64,000 nucleotides of DNA. Source: Candidatus Bathyarchaeota archaeon. Its GTDB lineage: Archaea > Thermoproteota > Bathyarchaeia > Bathyarchaeales > Bathycorpusculaceae. Shown here in pieces: positions 10,720 to 21,816 of the stretch. Positions within the stretch are counted from its first letter, which is position 1; each line of letters opens with the position of its first letter. The position numbers and the translations under genes were made by a program. The stretch lies in assembly GCA_963782525.1 (NCBI GenBank), contig CAWAKC010000010.1:160001-224000 (forward strand), written 5' to 3'. The notes beneath the pieces are model-generated. The model saw nothing but the letters and a program-made list of their open reading frames with translations. It ran no database searches and had not been told where the DNA came from.

Positions 10720-10751
10720 TTGTTGCAACCGGTGTGCAGAATGCAGTTGCA
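10720..10751. repeat. 32-bp dispersed repeat, copy 2
   Basis: Identical to 1707-1738. Confidence 0.85.
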
Positions 10752-11072
10752 GCATCAGCAGCAGCAACTTCTCCAGCCCCGCAGTATATTCAAATTTTGG
10801 GATAAAGAAAGAATGGGCTCATATCTTCCAAGAGATGGATAAAAAAAAGACCTCAAGATGTCTAACAAGGAAATACAAAAAGAAATAGATGCAGCTCAAA
10901 AAAAGACAAATAATTTGATGTTGGAAGGCTTGCGTTTTAACCAACTATTTACAGGAACAGAAAAAGTTGGAGATGGTTTGTTATTCTACTCTTTTGTCAT
11001 ACTCTCCTATCACAGAAACCCTGCGAGCCCAAACTTGCTTATTCTTTTAAGCTTGCAGGTGGAAGGGCTTTT

Positions 11073-11633
11073 ATGCTTAAAGATGCGCATTTTAATATCA
11101 TGGCTACTAATTCTGCGCAGGATGAAAGCCAGAACGAAAAGGGTTCTTCTACAACTCAATACAAAAAATGCTACTTGACAACGGCTATCCGAGAATTCAA
11201 GTTGACAAAATGGCAAATCGAGTGTGCTTTAAGTGATGGCGTCCTTCAGCAGCTTCGAGCCCCAAATCCTCATAACAAAAGCGGACCTTTGGCTGTTATG
11301 CTCTACCGCGCCGAGATAGAACAGAACCTTAATCGACTAAGATCGTACCCAAGATTTTCACCACTAGAGTTGCAGGCAAATAATGCCAAGAGAACAGTTG
11401 TAGTAGCCAGAAAGAAAGCCAGAGACGAAGTTGAATTCTTCTGCGAAACCTGCCAAACCGCAATCAGAGCTCCCAATGGCTACCCTCCCTTTGAATGGTA
11501 CTGTCAAGGCAAGATCCCTCAAAAACGCGCCTCAACGCTACTCCGCAGACACCATGTTAGGCATTGGCACAATAGCTTTGACGAGTTCTCCGTAACCTCA
11601 GGGCTGGAATGGAATTCGACGAAGCCAACATAG
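11073..11633 (+). CDS. Hypothetical protein with XPA-C-like motif, CxxC and DUF2293-like C-terminus (probably extends to 11689 through a frameshift)
   Basis: TTAIREFKL...PNPHNKSGPLAVMLY; CETC; HVRHWHNSFDE; an alternate frame continues GMEFDEANIEANAYAERM. Confidence 0.55.
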   Translation: MLKDAHFNIMATNSAQDESQNEKGSSTTQYKKCYLTTAIREFKLTKWQIECALSDGVLQQLRAPNPHNKSGPLAVMLYRAEIEQNLNRLRSYPRFSPLELQANNAKRTVVVARKKARDEVEFFCETCQTAIRAPNGYPPFEWYCQGKIPQKRASTLLRRHHVRHWHNSFDEFSVTSGLEWNSTKPT

Positions 11634-11759
11634 AAGCCAATGCGTACGCAGAACGGATGATAAGCAGCAAAACAAACCTTAAACACTAAAAAAGAAAAGA
11701 GGAAGAAGAAAAAACCTAATTTTCCAAAAAACGCCAATTTTTTCTTCTTCTACCAGTTA

Positions 11760-11812
11760 GTTCTCGAGTTCCCGACTGCACCGACTTTCTAGGTGTAGAC
11801 CTATCGGTAACG
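11760..11812. repeat. Imperfect ~53-bp direct repeat, copy 1
   Basis: GTTCTCGAGTTC..ACTG.ACC.ACTTTC...GTGTA..CCTATC is shared with 13076-13128. Confidence 0.65.
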
Positions 11813-11847
11813 TGTTTAATTGATTTACTTGTTTTTCAGCTTTTTTA

Positions 11848-12261
11848 TTATGTTTCTTCATTTTCAGAGTTTATTCGCTTGAATGACTGCTTGAATTTTT
11901 CCCCTTCCAGCGATTCAGGCTCAATTAGTTTTGTATATGGATTGGCAATGTTGTCTTTTGTGGGAAATTGTACGCTGCATGGTGGCTGCCGCTTTAGTGC
12001 TGCTTTTTCTTCTTTAGTCATTTTTATGCCAAACTTGTGCACTTCGTCGTGGCACGGTTGTCTGCACAGCCATATGAAAGGTGGCTTATGTTCGCCTGTG
12101 AGTGAATGTTTCGTCATTGCGTCGCCTACTCTGCCGCATTTGGAACACTGTTTTAGTTTCTTTGGGGGTCTTCGTGTTTTGGTTTTTAACCTACTTTTGA
12201 CACCGCTGAACATGCCGTAGTCTTTGTAAACATCTTCTTTGGTAGTTGTGCGCTTAGTCAC
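11848..12261 (-). CDS. HNH-like Zn-finger protein
   Basis: CSKC...TKH...LCRQPCHDEVH resembles the HNH Zn ligands. Confidence 0.5.
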   Translation of the reverse strand: MTKRTTTKEDVYKDYGMFSGVKSRLKTKTRRPPKKLKQCSKCGRVGDAMTKHSLTGEHKPPFIWLCRQPCHDEVHKFGIKMTKEEKAALKRQPPCSVQFPTKDNIANPYTKLIEPESLEGEKFKQSFKRINSENEET

Positions 12262-12342
12262 TTCTTGTCGTCCATCCGTTTCCTCTTAGATTTGAAAATT
12301 TTAGTTCTTTACGATTAAAAGGATAAAATCAACGATTGGGCT

Positions 12343-12759
12343 TTATGGTGTAATGATTTCTAAGTCAGAAATCCTGCTGAAGTGCGCTTGGTTGCGTGTG
12401 GCGACACTGTATTCCCTCGTTAGGGCGATGGCAGCGATGAGGGTGTCTCTTAGTCCAATCGGTTGTCCTTGAAGCTCTAGTTGTGCGTATATGTGGCCTG
12501 CTTTTTGGGCAGCTTTTGATGTAAATGGAAGAATAGATAACCTTCTTATGAGTACGTGGATTGCTTGAAGATTTTTTTCGCTTTCCTGAGATTTATGTGC
12601 TCCATGATGGAGTTCAAAGATATTGACTGCAGTGGTTGCCAAAATGTAGTTTTTTTCTTCAAGCTTGGTGATGAAGGCTGTTGCTTGTTTCTGGTTTCTT
12701 AGCAGGTCAATTAAGAGGTCGGTATCGATGACTGTTTTTACGGTTTCCATGTTTCCCAT
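12343..12759 (-). CDS. vapC: PIN-domain toxin VapC
   Basis: VIDTDLLID, FELHHG, IGLRDTLIAAIAL, ATRNQAHF. Confidence 0.9.
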   Translation of the reverse strand: MGNMETVKTVIDTDLLIDLLRNQKQATAFITKLEEKNYILATTAVNIFELHHGAHKSQESEKNLQAIHVLIRRLSILPFTSKAAQKAGHIYAQLELQGQPIGLRDTLIAAIALTREYSVATRNQAHFSRISDLEIITP

Positions 12760-12986
12760 GCCCTGGCAATTGACTCTTTGACTTCTTTTGCTTCAGTATC
12801 ATTCATACTCCATGAACCTGCTAGATCAGAAATCTTTTTTCCTTTTCTGCTTCGCCGTATTATGTATTTCATTGCTTCATCCATCGATACAGGTCGTTTT
12901 CTTTTGATTTGTAATTCGCCTGCGATAGCGCACAATTCGGAATATGTTTCTTTGCTGATTTTCACTGCTTTAAGCTCAGCGGTCAC
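12738..12986 (-). CDS. VapB-type antitoxin
   Basis: Small ORF overlapping the vapC start; VKISKETY...ISDLAGSW. Confidence 0.75.
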   Translation of the reverse strand: MTAELKAVKISKETYSELCAIAGELQIKRKRPVSMDEAMKYIIRRSRKGKKISDLAGSWSMNDTEAKEVKESIARAWETWKP

Positions 12987-13075
12987 ATCACATCACAGGT
13001 GGTAAAAGTAGTATTAACCCACTTATTAACCAACTGGCAACTTCAATTATTTTTGTTATTTTTCGTCTACGGATT

Positions 13076-13128
13076 GTTCTCGAGTTCTTAACTGAACCAA
13101 CTTTCACAGTGTAAGCCTATCCGGTACG
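13076..13128. repeat. Imperfect ~53-bp direct repeat, copy 2
   Basis: Matches 11760-11812. Confidence 0.65.
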
Positions 13129-13593
13129 CTCGACTGCCAAAACGGGAAAGAAGAACGACAAGCAAGATTTTGGGGAGCTGTTGTTCATTTATCGAAAAAA
13201 GATCCGGGCGGGGCATTCCCCTTCAACCATTGAAACAGGGCTATGAGTTATTATTGAAAGAAGAAGACAGCGCTGTGGGCAGAGATTGTGTCTTCTCTTT
13301 TAGTTACGTGAGCGTTTTGTCTTTGTTGGAAAGAAGAAGAAAAACATGCCCGCAGGAAATCACCCGTTCTTCTTCTTTAATTAGAGAAGTTCGGTTTATT
13401 GATGGAAAAAAAGAATTCTAATTCTGTTGGAGCAGTTTTTTCTTTATTAAGCTTTAGTGGGTAGCAAGGTCAACCGCCAAAGATAAAGCATAAACATTCG
13501 CTGTCGGTACCATTTTAGCTAAATTCAAGAAGGTCCATAGCTACAAATCAGGGGAAATAAGAAAATTAAGGCGCTACTTTGCTGGCCCAATTT

Positions 13594-14229
13594 TTAGAGG
13601 CCGGGTATGTTTATGTCTACCAGGTTTATGTCCATGTTGTAAGATTGTCCTTGAACTGTTGGTGAGGTCATTACCATTTTGATTGGCCATTGGACGGTGT
13701 TGTCAACATAGTATGCTGCGCTCATTCCTTGGCTGCTGTATTCGTAGACGGTGCAGGTTCTTGTTCCAAGGTTTGGTATAGTTATTTGTGCGGTGTATGA
13801 GTTGTTTAGTGGTAGGTTTTCAGGTTGGAAATTCATGTTTTCTCTGCTTACCCAGGTTGTGGTTGTGTTTTCTGTTGCACCGAAAGGTGTTGACATGTTG
13901 TAGTCGGTTGATATTTGTATGTGCGTTTGGTTGACATCAACGATTTCCATTTTTGCGTTGAAGGTGATGCTCATGGATAGGATTTCAGCTTGGCCTGCAT
14001 AAGTGGCATAAGCGCCCTTTTTGATCCAAGATTGCGGGGTATTCTGGTTATCTATTATGCTATTTTGATTGTTAGTTTGGGTATTGGGTGTTTTGTTGCT
14101 TGCTGTTAAAATCGCCGCAGCAGAGGCGACTGTTGCAATTGCTACGACAGCTACTAAAATTATTGCGATTAGTTTTTTGCTAAGAATGTTTTTTTTTGCG
14201 ACTTGTTGATTGCTTTCCAATTGGGCCAC
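13594..14229 (-). CDS. Membrane-anchored secreted hypothetical protein
   Basis: TM/signal, Asn/Thr linker, WIKKGAYATY, beta-rich domain. Confidence 0.7.
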   Translation of the reverse strand: MAQLESNQQVAKKNILSKKLIAIILVAVVAIATVASAAAILTASNKTPNTQTNNQNSIIDNQNTPQSWIKKGAYATYAGQAEILSMSITFNAKMEIVDVNQTHIQISTDYNMSTPFGATENTTTTWVSRENMNFQPENLPLNNSYTAQITIPNLGTRTCTVYEYSSQGMSAAYYVDNTVQWPIKMVMTSPTVQGQSYNMDINLVDINIPGL

Positions 14230-14686
14230 CGTTTGATTGCAAGAATATTAAGATATAATATATATCTTGCGCACACAAAATAAGAACCAGAACAACAACA
14301 ATTTTTTTTAAAGCTGTTGATCTTTCATAGACTTAAATAAACCCTATTTCATTGGGAGAACAACAACACGCCAAAATTCCAGTTTGTTGTTGTTATTTTG
14401 GTAGCGCAGACGTTATCTTGAAAGAAGAAAAAATTGCTATTCGGGAAAAATCGATTTTTATAAGCAAACCTTTGTAGAGACTTCGGAAAATCTTGATTTT
14501 TTTAGGATCGACCACAACTTGGGAAAGATAAAACATTACAGAAAAATAATCCTACTCTTAGTTATCGATGGATCATTCTATTTGTCGCCGTTCTAGGCTT
14601 TTATAGCTTTCACCGTTCACTCAAGGTAAAAACTAAGAAAAGGAAAAGTTGGTTTTCTTAATAACGTCGTGCACCTGTATTATTTA

Positions 14687-15130
14687 TCATCCAACGAAAA
14701 TCATTCTCATGTATACGCCATCAGGATATGAATTTGCTCTTGATGGATCCATCTTCATGCCCATAAGAAACAGTCCGATCATTGAATTAGAATAGTAAAC
14801 CCACGTATTTTCTGGAACGGTAAATATCATAGGTGGTATTGTCGCGTCAATAGCTTGTGGTTTTTCTGCATTGGTTGCACTCAACATTTGAGCTCTTCCT
14901 GATTGGTGAGCAATCGGAGGATTTATCCATTCATTCATTACTCCGCTTGGAAGCCAAAGTTCTGTAAGACTATTTTTGCCCTTATTAGTCGCAAAAGCAT
15001 TCGGATTTTTGTCAACTGCGTTGTCTGGTCCGATTGCAAGAACAGGCGTTGCCAACATGACAAGCAACAGGAACATAATCGTGATTGTAATGATTTTTTT
15101 ATTCATTTCTTTCACCTCTACTAAACCCAT
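14687..15130 (-). CDS. Secreted hypothetical protein
   Basis: Classical signal peptide MNKKIIT...PVLA. Confidence 0.65.
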   Translation of the reverse strand: MGLVEVKEMNKKIITITIMFLLLVMLATPVLAIGPDNAVDKNPNAFATNKGKNSLTELWLPSGVMNEWINPPIAHQSGRAQMLSATNAEKPQAIDATIPPMIFTVPENTWVYYSNSMIGLFLMGMKMDPSRANSYPDGVYMRMIFVG

Positions 15131-15326
15131 AATATGACAAAAAATAGATAGCTTTTTTTAGCACCAAGAAAAGCCTGAAATCAGGAACTAATAATCTTAT
15201 TAAAGATTATTCAAGCTTAAATTAGGTTTTAAAATTAGAATCAGCTGATTTAAACTCACAGAAGCTATTACAAACTCAAAATAGCAGAAAACGTTCAAAA
15301 ATGAGCTATTTATTTTTTGTCTTTAG

Positions 15327-18300
15327 CTACCTAAGATCAATTTGACGTTTCATAGGTTCCTTTTCATAACAAATCCGAAGCTTCATAATATTGCCTCCAC
15401 GACCACGTTCTCCTGGGAAAAAGCGTGTCTCAACTAGACCTCTGCGTTGCAACTCACAAATGACTTTTCCCGACCGACCTTTTCGTCCATATACAGCTGA
15501 AGCAGGCACCTTTCCATGTTTAACTACATCCATCGATGTCCTCCAACCCGACTTTTCCATAGGCAATCTCAACCGCATGTAGTCCTCAACAAAAGAACTG
15601 ACCAAAAAGTCGAATACTTTCCTCGAAGCCTCGCTCTTAAATTCAAATCCCACTGCTGAGACTTCTTTAGACTCAGAAAGCGCATTGACAGGAAGAATGG
15701 AAATTGCCTTTTCACTTGGACTCTCTTTCAATTGATCAACTGGAGATATTTTTATAGTGACCACTTTGGGCACGCAAGTTTTACAATTCCCAGTCTCGTC
15801 TATATAGACGATCTTCGGAGAAAAACTGTAGACACCTTCTTTGGTTGCGTATAGCGAAAATTTAATTGTTAACATTTGGAAAGGCGATATAGACTGTTTT
15901 CTGAACTCTATGGAACCTTTTGCCAAAACATAATTAGTAGGCATCTTAGAGACGCTAAAGCTGGGAGAATACAGGTTATCAACTGCGATAAGAAATCCGT
16001 TACATCTTGAAACGTTAACTATTTCAAGCCATACTTCAAATTCGTCCCCAACCGAACTTTCTTTCTTTAGCATCAAAGATGGCTCTAAATCAAAATATCT
16101 AAATTGACTATCAATTTTCTTAGTAAACATCAGGCTTTTTGCCCTTTGAACCTCGGCATCTGAAGATCGACCTTGTTTATCCAAAGTTGAAGCATAATCT
16201 ATCCTCATCGTTGCTTCAAAAGCTCTTGCGAAAAGTGCACCTTTTAAGAGGTCAAGACTCAAATCAAAAAGCGTATTGCTCTTTTCCCAATCCTTCTTCG
16301 CAGCAAAGAACAGCGCCTTGGCTTTAATCATGGCGGCATAGCCAAGTTTGCTCCCGACTTTAGACTCGTCAGGAAATAGGCGCTTAATTTCAACGTAGTG
16401 CTTTTCAGCGTTTTCCAAATCGCCAAGTTTAGAGTATAAAGCCAAAAGACTAGCCAAACTCTGGCTTTGGATATAATGAGAGTCAGTCTTTTCCGCATAT
16501 TTATTCGCTAGAAGATTCTGGGTAACTGCCGCCTCTAATTCACCCAAAATATCCAGGGTTATAGCCGAATAAACAGCAGCCCAACCAGTTCTATAAATGT
16601 ACCCAATCTTCTCACTGATCTCGAATGCCTTGCCAAAACACGCTCACGCTTCACTAAACAGTCTATAATTGAAGAACACTTGACCAGCATAAAAATAAGC
16701 ATCCACTTGCCCACGAAAATCTCCAATTTCCTCGTTCAATGCAATAGCACGCTTAACAACTACAATGGCTTTTTCAGGATAGCCCTCAGTTTGGTAGAGG
16801 CTAGCACTTTCATTTAGCGCTTGGGCTAAATCTGCTAATGAGTTTTCTTCTTCAAAAACAGCTAATGCATTTTCTAAACATTTCAACGTTTCTTTTGAAT
16901 TTCCAAATGAGCCCATGGCTGCTGCTTTGTTCAGAAGTAGTCGTGCGTATTCTAATCGACCAAATTCCACGAGGTCGTCTGCTTCTTTGGATAATTCTAG
17001 CGAATGGGCAAAATCTCCAAGCCATCGCGATGATGCCACTGATTTTCGTAGTGCTCGCAGCTTTACTACTCCTTTCTCGGTACTATACAAAAGATGATTG
17101 AACATTTTTTGTGCTTCACGGAACTCACCTGTGGCAAAAAATGCGTCTCCCAATCCTTCAATTGCTGAAGCACGTTCATCTAAGTACTGTTCCTTTTCCT
17201 CTGAAATATCCAAAACATATGAGAAAAATTTCTTCGCTTCCAGGTTACTGAATTTTGCTAAAGCCTCTTTACCTGCCCGCAAAGAATACTCCAATGTTTT
17301 GGGGCCATTTCCAGCTTTTTCGTAGTGGAACGATAAATGACTAGCGATACTTTTTTTCTGGTTCTTACTGAGGGTTTCCAATCTCTCAGCAATTAAAAGA
17401 TGGTAACCAGACTTCAACGGTATTGGCAATTCATCGTAGATTATTTCCTGGGACTTCGCGTGGTCAAACGAGTAAGAGCCATCTTCAAACTTTATCCGCA
17501 AAGTTGTTTTAGATATTGAATTCAGTTTTTCTAAAATCTGAATTTGCTCCTGACCCAGCACAGACGCAATCAACTTAAAATCAAACTTTTCTCCAAGAAC
17601 AGAAGCAACATCCAGTATCTTTCTGTGTTTAAGCTTTAAACTGCTGACTCTTTGCAAAATTATATCTTTAACTTTTAAGGGAATTATAACTTTTAAGGGA
17701 ATTACTATTCTATCGGTGGAGGGACGCCATTCACCATTTTCTTGAATGAGACTACCCTCATTACCCAATGTCCTTAAGGATTCAACAACAAAAAGAGCAT
17801 TACCCTGACTTTCAAATGATAATTTTTCCAAAAAAGTAGGTTGTATTTGGCCTCCTAACATACTGGATGCTAACACTCCAACCTCATATGCATTAAGGCT
17901 CGGCAACTTGATTTCCCGATATAGATCCTCTCGACCCATCGCTCGGAGCGTTTCAACAAGCGATGAAGGTTGCCCTTGTAAATCAAAACTTAAACTCTCA
18001 CTCCTAAATGTGGCCAGAACAAAAATCCTCTCAGAATTGACAAACCGAGAAATATAATGAAGTAATGCCAACGATGCAGAATCAGCCCAATGAATATCTT
18101 CAAGAACCAAAACAACAGGCTTTCTAGTAGACAAATTTAGTAATTCCTTAGTTAACTGATGCAAACGTTAAATCCATCCAAGCTTGAGGGGACCTCACCT
18201 CGCCTGTATATTCACTATTTTGAAGAGACACTATTCCATCGATTTGACCCTTAACCTTCGGCATAGCAGAAAGTAATTCTTCCGTATTCGGATAAACTGC

Positions 18301-18558
18301 GCTAAATGCTTCAATTAACGGAAAATAAGGAACGCCGGCATTACTCAAACACCGTCCCAACAAAACGTTAATTTCTTTCTTGCGAGCAATTTCGACAAAC
18401 TCATTAACCCGTCTAGTCTTTCCGCTTCCTGCTTCTCCAGAAATAACGATTGTCTGTCCATTAGCCTCCAGAACGGAATCTAAGGTCTTGTTCAAAGTGC
18501 TTAGTTCATTATTTCTTCCGACTAGGACTGGATTAGAAAGACCCAATCGTTTCACCAA
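15327..18558 (-). pseudogene. AAA_16/STAND-like P-loop NTPase with TPR repeats, Ig-like domain and C-terminal wHTH-like domain; disrupted
   Basis: LVGRNNEL, GEAGSGKT, VLEDIHWAD, SQGNALFV, FDHAKSQE, TPRs, GERGRGG. Frameshift near 18150, in-frame TGA at 16644-16646, 18-bp tandem duplication at 17669-17704. Confidence 0.8.
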
Positions 18559-18758
18559 ATATAATGTATAGTATGAACAATTGATTTTTATTTAACAATT
18601 GTCCATCCTATTGTTGTTCTTTTATTTGACCTTGTCTTAAAAGAAGAAGATTGAAAAAATAGCACTTCTTCTCCTACCAATTAATCGTCTGTTTCTTTAC
18701 AGAACGCTATTTTGAATTGGACTTAATGGCTTTTAATCTCTATGTGGTTTGTTAGGTT

Positions 18759-19508
18759 ATGATAGAGATAAAGCAAGCGTCAGATGGTAATTTTGTTGTT
18801 AAATCGTCGGTTTCTGATTTCTGCGCTTGCATGGGCTACTGTGAAATTAGAGTAAAACATTATTTGAAAGGAATTAAGCCACCTGACACGCAAATTACAA
18901 TCGACGGCGTCAAATCACATGAGAAAGAAGAAGTTTACGAAAAAGAACACTTCACATTTGAACCTGTTACGCCCGAGGCGCTTGCGGATTTATCTAAGGA
19001 TATAGAGTTTGCCCGGGAAGGACTCTTTACACGTTTTCTGAGGGAACTCTGGTTTGGGGCAGAGAGGGTTTCGCTTTTACTCTATGGGCGAGCTGATAAG
19101 GTTATGCGAAGCAACGGGACACTCATCGTTGAAGACTCCAAGTTTCCAGCCACCAAACCCAAATACCACAACCAGTTTGAACCGTTTGATAACCAGAAAC
19201 TCCAAACTCTACTGTATTTGAATTCGAATTTTAATGAAACCGGATCTTTGGAAGAAAAGGAGTATTTTGAGGTTTGCTGTGAGAAGAAGGCGTGGATAAT
19301 TAACATAAAAGATAAGGTGACTTTGGAGAGCATCAAGATCTTTCAAGGCTACCAGACCAAAGAAGCAGAAGATTTCTTGAATGAAAAGATCCAAAGATTT
19401 GCTTTGTTGGCTCTGGGGAAACTTGAGCCCGAACACCATAATAATTCAAAGAAATGCCAAAGCTGCAGATTTGAAGAATGCGAACACCACCTGGAACCTA
19501 AAATTTAA
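18759..19508 (+). CDS. Cas4/Exo5-like PD-(D/E)XK nuclease with Fe-S ligands (not CRISPR-linked)
   Basis: N-terminal YCE, GVKSHE, GRADKV...VEDSK, QTLLY, C-terminal CQSCRFEEC. Confidence 0.7.
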   Translation: MIEIKQASDGNFVVKSSVSDFCACMGYCEIRVKHYLKGIKPPDTQITIDGVKSHEKEEVYEKEHFTFEPVTPEALADLSKDIEFAREGLFTRFLRELWFGAERVSLLLYGRADKVMRSNGTLIVEDSKFPATKPKYHNQFEPFDNQKLQTLLYLNSNFNETGSLEEKEYFEVCCEKKAWIINIKDKVTLESIKIFQGYQTKEAEDFLNEKIQRFALLALGKLEPEHHNNSKKCQSCRFEECEHHLEPKI

Positions 19509-19649
19509 CCCAACCAACTAAACCAAGACCCATAAACCTTCTTTATATCTTATCAAATAATTATCTATACTTCTATTTGTCAGAATCAGTCCGTTAGTTT
19601 TTTTGATTCAATTGCGCAATCTTAATCTTCTACGGCTCATAGTCGAAGT

Positions 19650-19874
19650 GTGGAAAAGCAAATGAAGAAAGAAGAGGCAACAGTTTTATTAAATGAATTA
19701 GGCGCTAACAATCTCGTTAATCCCCGGTTAGTTCTTATTGAACACAATGAACCAGACAGATATCGATTGCAGATTAGAGGCGATTATGACCGTTCCGCAA
19801 TTGCACTATTTGTAAGAAAAAGAGATTTGTCATGCAAAATGAACAACAACTACTTGACTGTTTCCAAGCCATAG
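19650..19874 (+). CDS. Small hypothetical protein, paralog of 39111-39353
   Basis: EATVLLNELGANNLV...YRLQIRGDY aligns with EAITLLSELGANQLV...YQLKIRGNY. Confidence 0.7.
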   Translation: MEKQMKKEEATVLLNELGANNLVNPRLVLIEHNEPDRYRLQIRGDYDRSAIALFVRKRDLSCKMNNNYLTVSKP

Positions 19875-20425
19875 ACTTTTTTTAAATTGAATTTTAATCC
19901 ACCCTTTAGATATTGGTGGCGTCCTAACAGTAAATTCAGAGAAAAGGAAACATCAATTATTTACTATCATTGGTTATTTTTTGGGTGCCTCTTCATTCGA
20001 AATAGGTAAAAATGTCTCAATTCTTTTGTTGGGTCTTTGACTTTTCTTTTGGACCTCTTTGAGTCTATATTTGAAGTCTGTTGTGTGTGTTATGCTATTT
20101 GCTTTGGATTTTTTCGTTGTCATTTCTTTCTACCTCTAAAAATTTTATAATTCGAAGAATTTAATTTCTTATAGGCGGGAAACATTGTTTCCATCTATCC
20201 CTTATCTGATGCGGCGGTGCATAAGCAGTTTTCGGTTTCGCATATTTCGCAAGGAAAAGTATGGATTAAATTTTAATCTTTTTTTTCTCTCTCTCCTCTC
20301 TCTCCTCTCTCAAACGCATACGAACGTACTCTTACTCACACTCACCCACACACACGTGCCTAATGTCAGTCTGTCACCCTGTCACTGTCTGGCAACCACT
20401 CGCAAAAAACAAAATTACTCAATGC

Positions 20426-21484
20426 TTACCGCTTGCGTTTCTTGAAGTAAACCAGTAACCCTATGCCTATAACAGCTATTGATACTATGGATGCCGTGAC
20501 TAATGTTGTTGGGAAAGGCTCTAATTGCTTAGGTTCAGGTGTTGGAGCAGGTTCTTTTGAAGGATTTGGTTGTTCTTCCATAAGACTTGTTGTCGGGTGA
20601 AGCCAAGGAAATAGTGAAGGGTCAAAAGAAATTGAAATAGGACTTGAAAGTGGCGATTTGTCAAAGATATTGCCACTGAATTCTTTGTGGGAGTTGTTCC
20701 AATAGTTAGAATATAAATTGTTGTTAGAGCCTTCTTGGCAGGAGACTCCTATATCATTATTGATGAAATTATTTTCAAAAATATTATTATTTGAATTAGT
20801 GCCATAACAATAGACCCCTATTCCAACATTACTACCGTTGTTATTGGTAATGTTATTTCTGTAAATGTTAGAGTAGCTAATAGTAACCCACGCACCATGC
20901 CAACCGTTTCCTGCGATGGTATTATATGCAATATCCAGAAAACTTGAATCCGAACTAGCAAACCCCGAGAAGAAGTTATCGACTATCTCATTGGCTATAA
21001 TGCTACAGTTAACGCTCGAAGACATACAAATACCTGACATTCCATTGCGTATAATGTTTTGAATAATAACAATATTTGTTGAATGGTCAACACTAATACT
21101 GGTGTAGCATTTATCGAACTTTATGTTTCTGATAGTGATGTTATCTCTATTTGGGATTCGAATGGATGGAAACCAACCAGTTGGCGTCATAAGCCCCTCT
21201 GTGTTAACTACAGGCGGTTTCATGATTGAAAAACCATTTCCATCAATTATGATGTTATCTTTTTGGACTTCTATAGTTTCGTTAATATGCCTAACAAAAG
21301 TGTAGATATCTCCACCTCGCTGTATAGCTCCGTTTCCTCCTTCAATAGTTCCATTTTCTGTTATGTAAATTGGCTTTGGCAGTTCAGGAAGCGGGGTAAA
21401 ATTTGCCCTTGACATAGGTATTGCTGATAACAACGTAATTGCTAATACTATTATGATTGTTGTTGCCAAGAGTTTCTTTGGCAT
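20426..21484 (-). CDS. Right-handed parallel beta-helix (NosD/CASH) surface protein
   Basis: Signal peptide, IEVQKDNIIIDGNGF, Asn-rich repeats, NYW motif, C-terminal TM plus KKRKR. Confidence 0.85.
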   Translation of the reverse strand: MPKKLLATTIIIVLAITLLSAIPMSRANFTPLPELPKPIYITENGTIEGGNGAIQRGGDIYTFVRHINETIEVQKDNIIIDGNGFSIMKPPVVNTEGLMTPTGWFPSIRIPNRDNITIRNIKFDKCYTSISVDHSTNIVIIQNIIRNGMSGICMSSSVNCSIIANEIVDNFFSGFASSDSSFLDIAYNTIAGNGWHGAWVTISYSNIYRNNITNNNGSNVGIGVYCYGTNSNNNIFENNFINNDIGVSCQEGSNNNLYSNYWNNSHKEFSGNIFDKSPLSSPISISFDPSLFPWLHPTTSLMEEQPNPSKEPAPTPEPKQLEPFPTTLVTASIVSIAVIGIGLLVYFKKRKR

Positions 21485-21761
21485 TTGACGTTCCTGAGAT
21501 ATTATGGGGTAGGTTTGTTTAAGTGGTTTTTTGTCAAACTTTCTTGCCTAAGGTTTGTCAAGATTTCTTGGCTGACAAAAAGTTAGAGGGCTGGACTTCT
21601 CGGAGTCCATTCTTTCTTTTCAGTTCCTCAGTAAGCCCGTATACTCGATTCCGACTATACCTATATGATTTATTTTTCTATGTATGTGCGGAACCGTGTC
21701 TAAGCTGATTAGAGCCTTTTTTTGCCTGCCCCTGCCCTACGTGAAGTAGTTGGTTGGTTGG

Positions 21762-21790
21762 TTGGTTGGATTAAAATTTAATCCAACCAA
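21762..21790. repeat. 14-bp perfect inverted repeat preceded by (GTTG)n
   Basis: TTGGTTGGATTAAA-A-TTTAATCCAACCAA. Confidence 0.75.
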
Positions 21791-21816
21791 AAACTCGCTC
21801 CTCTAGTTGTAACGTT

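Noticed and set aside
1707-10751. GTTGCA-containing 32-bp repeat as a CRISPR repeat
   Set aside because: Only two copies 9 kb apart, with no spacer periodicity and no cas operon.
20185-20445. ORF over CT/CA-rich low-complexity DNA (a similar GT-rich tract occurs near 43650-43680)
   Set aside because: Low-complexity sequence without credible protein features; the similarity between the tracts is too weak to call a repeat family.
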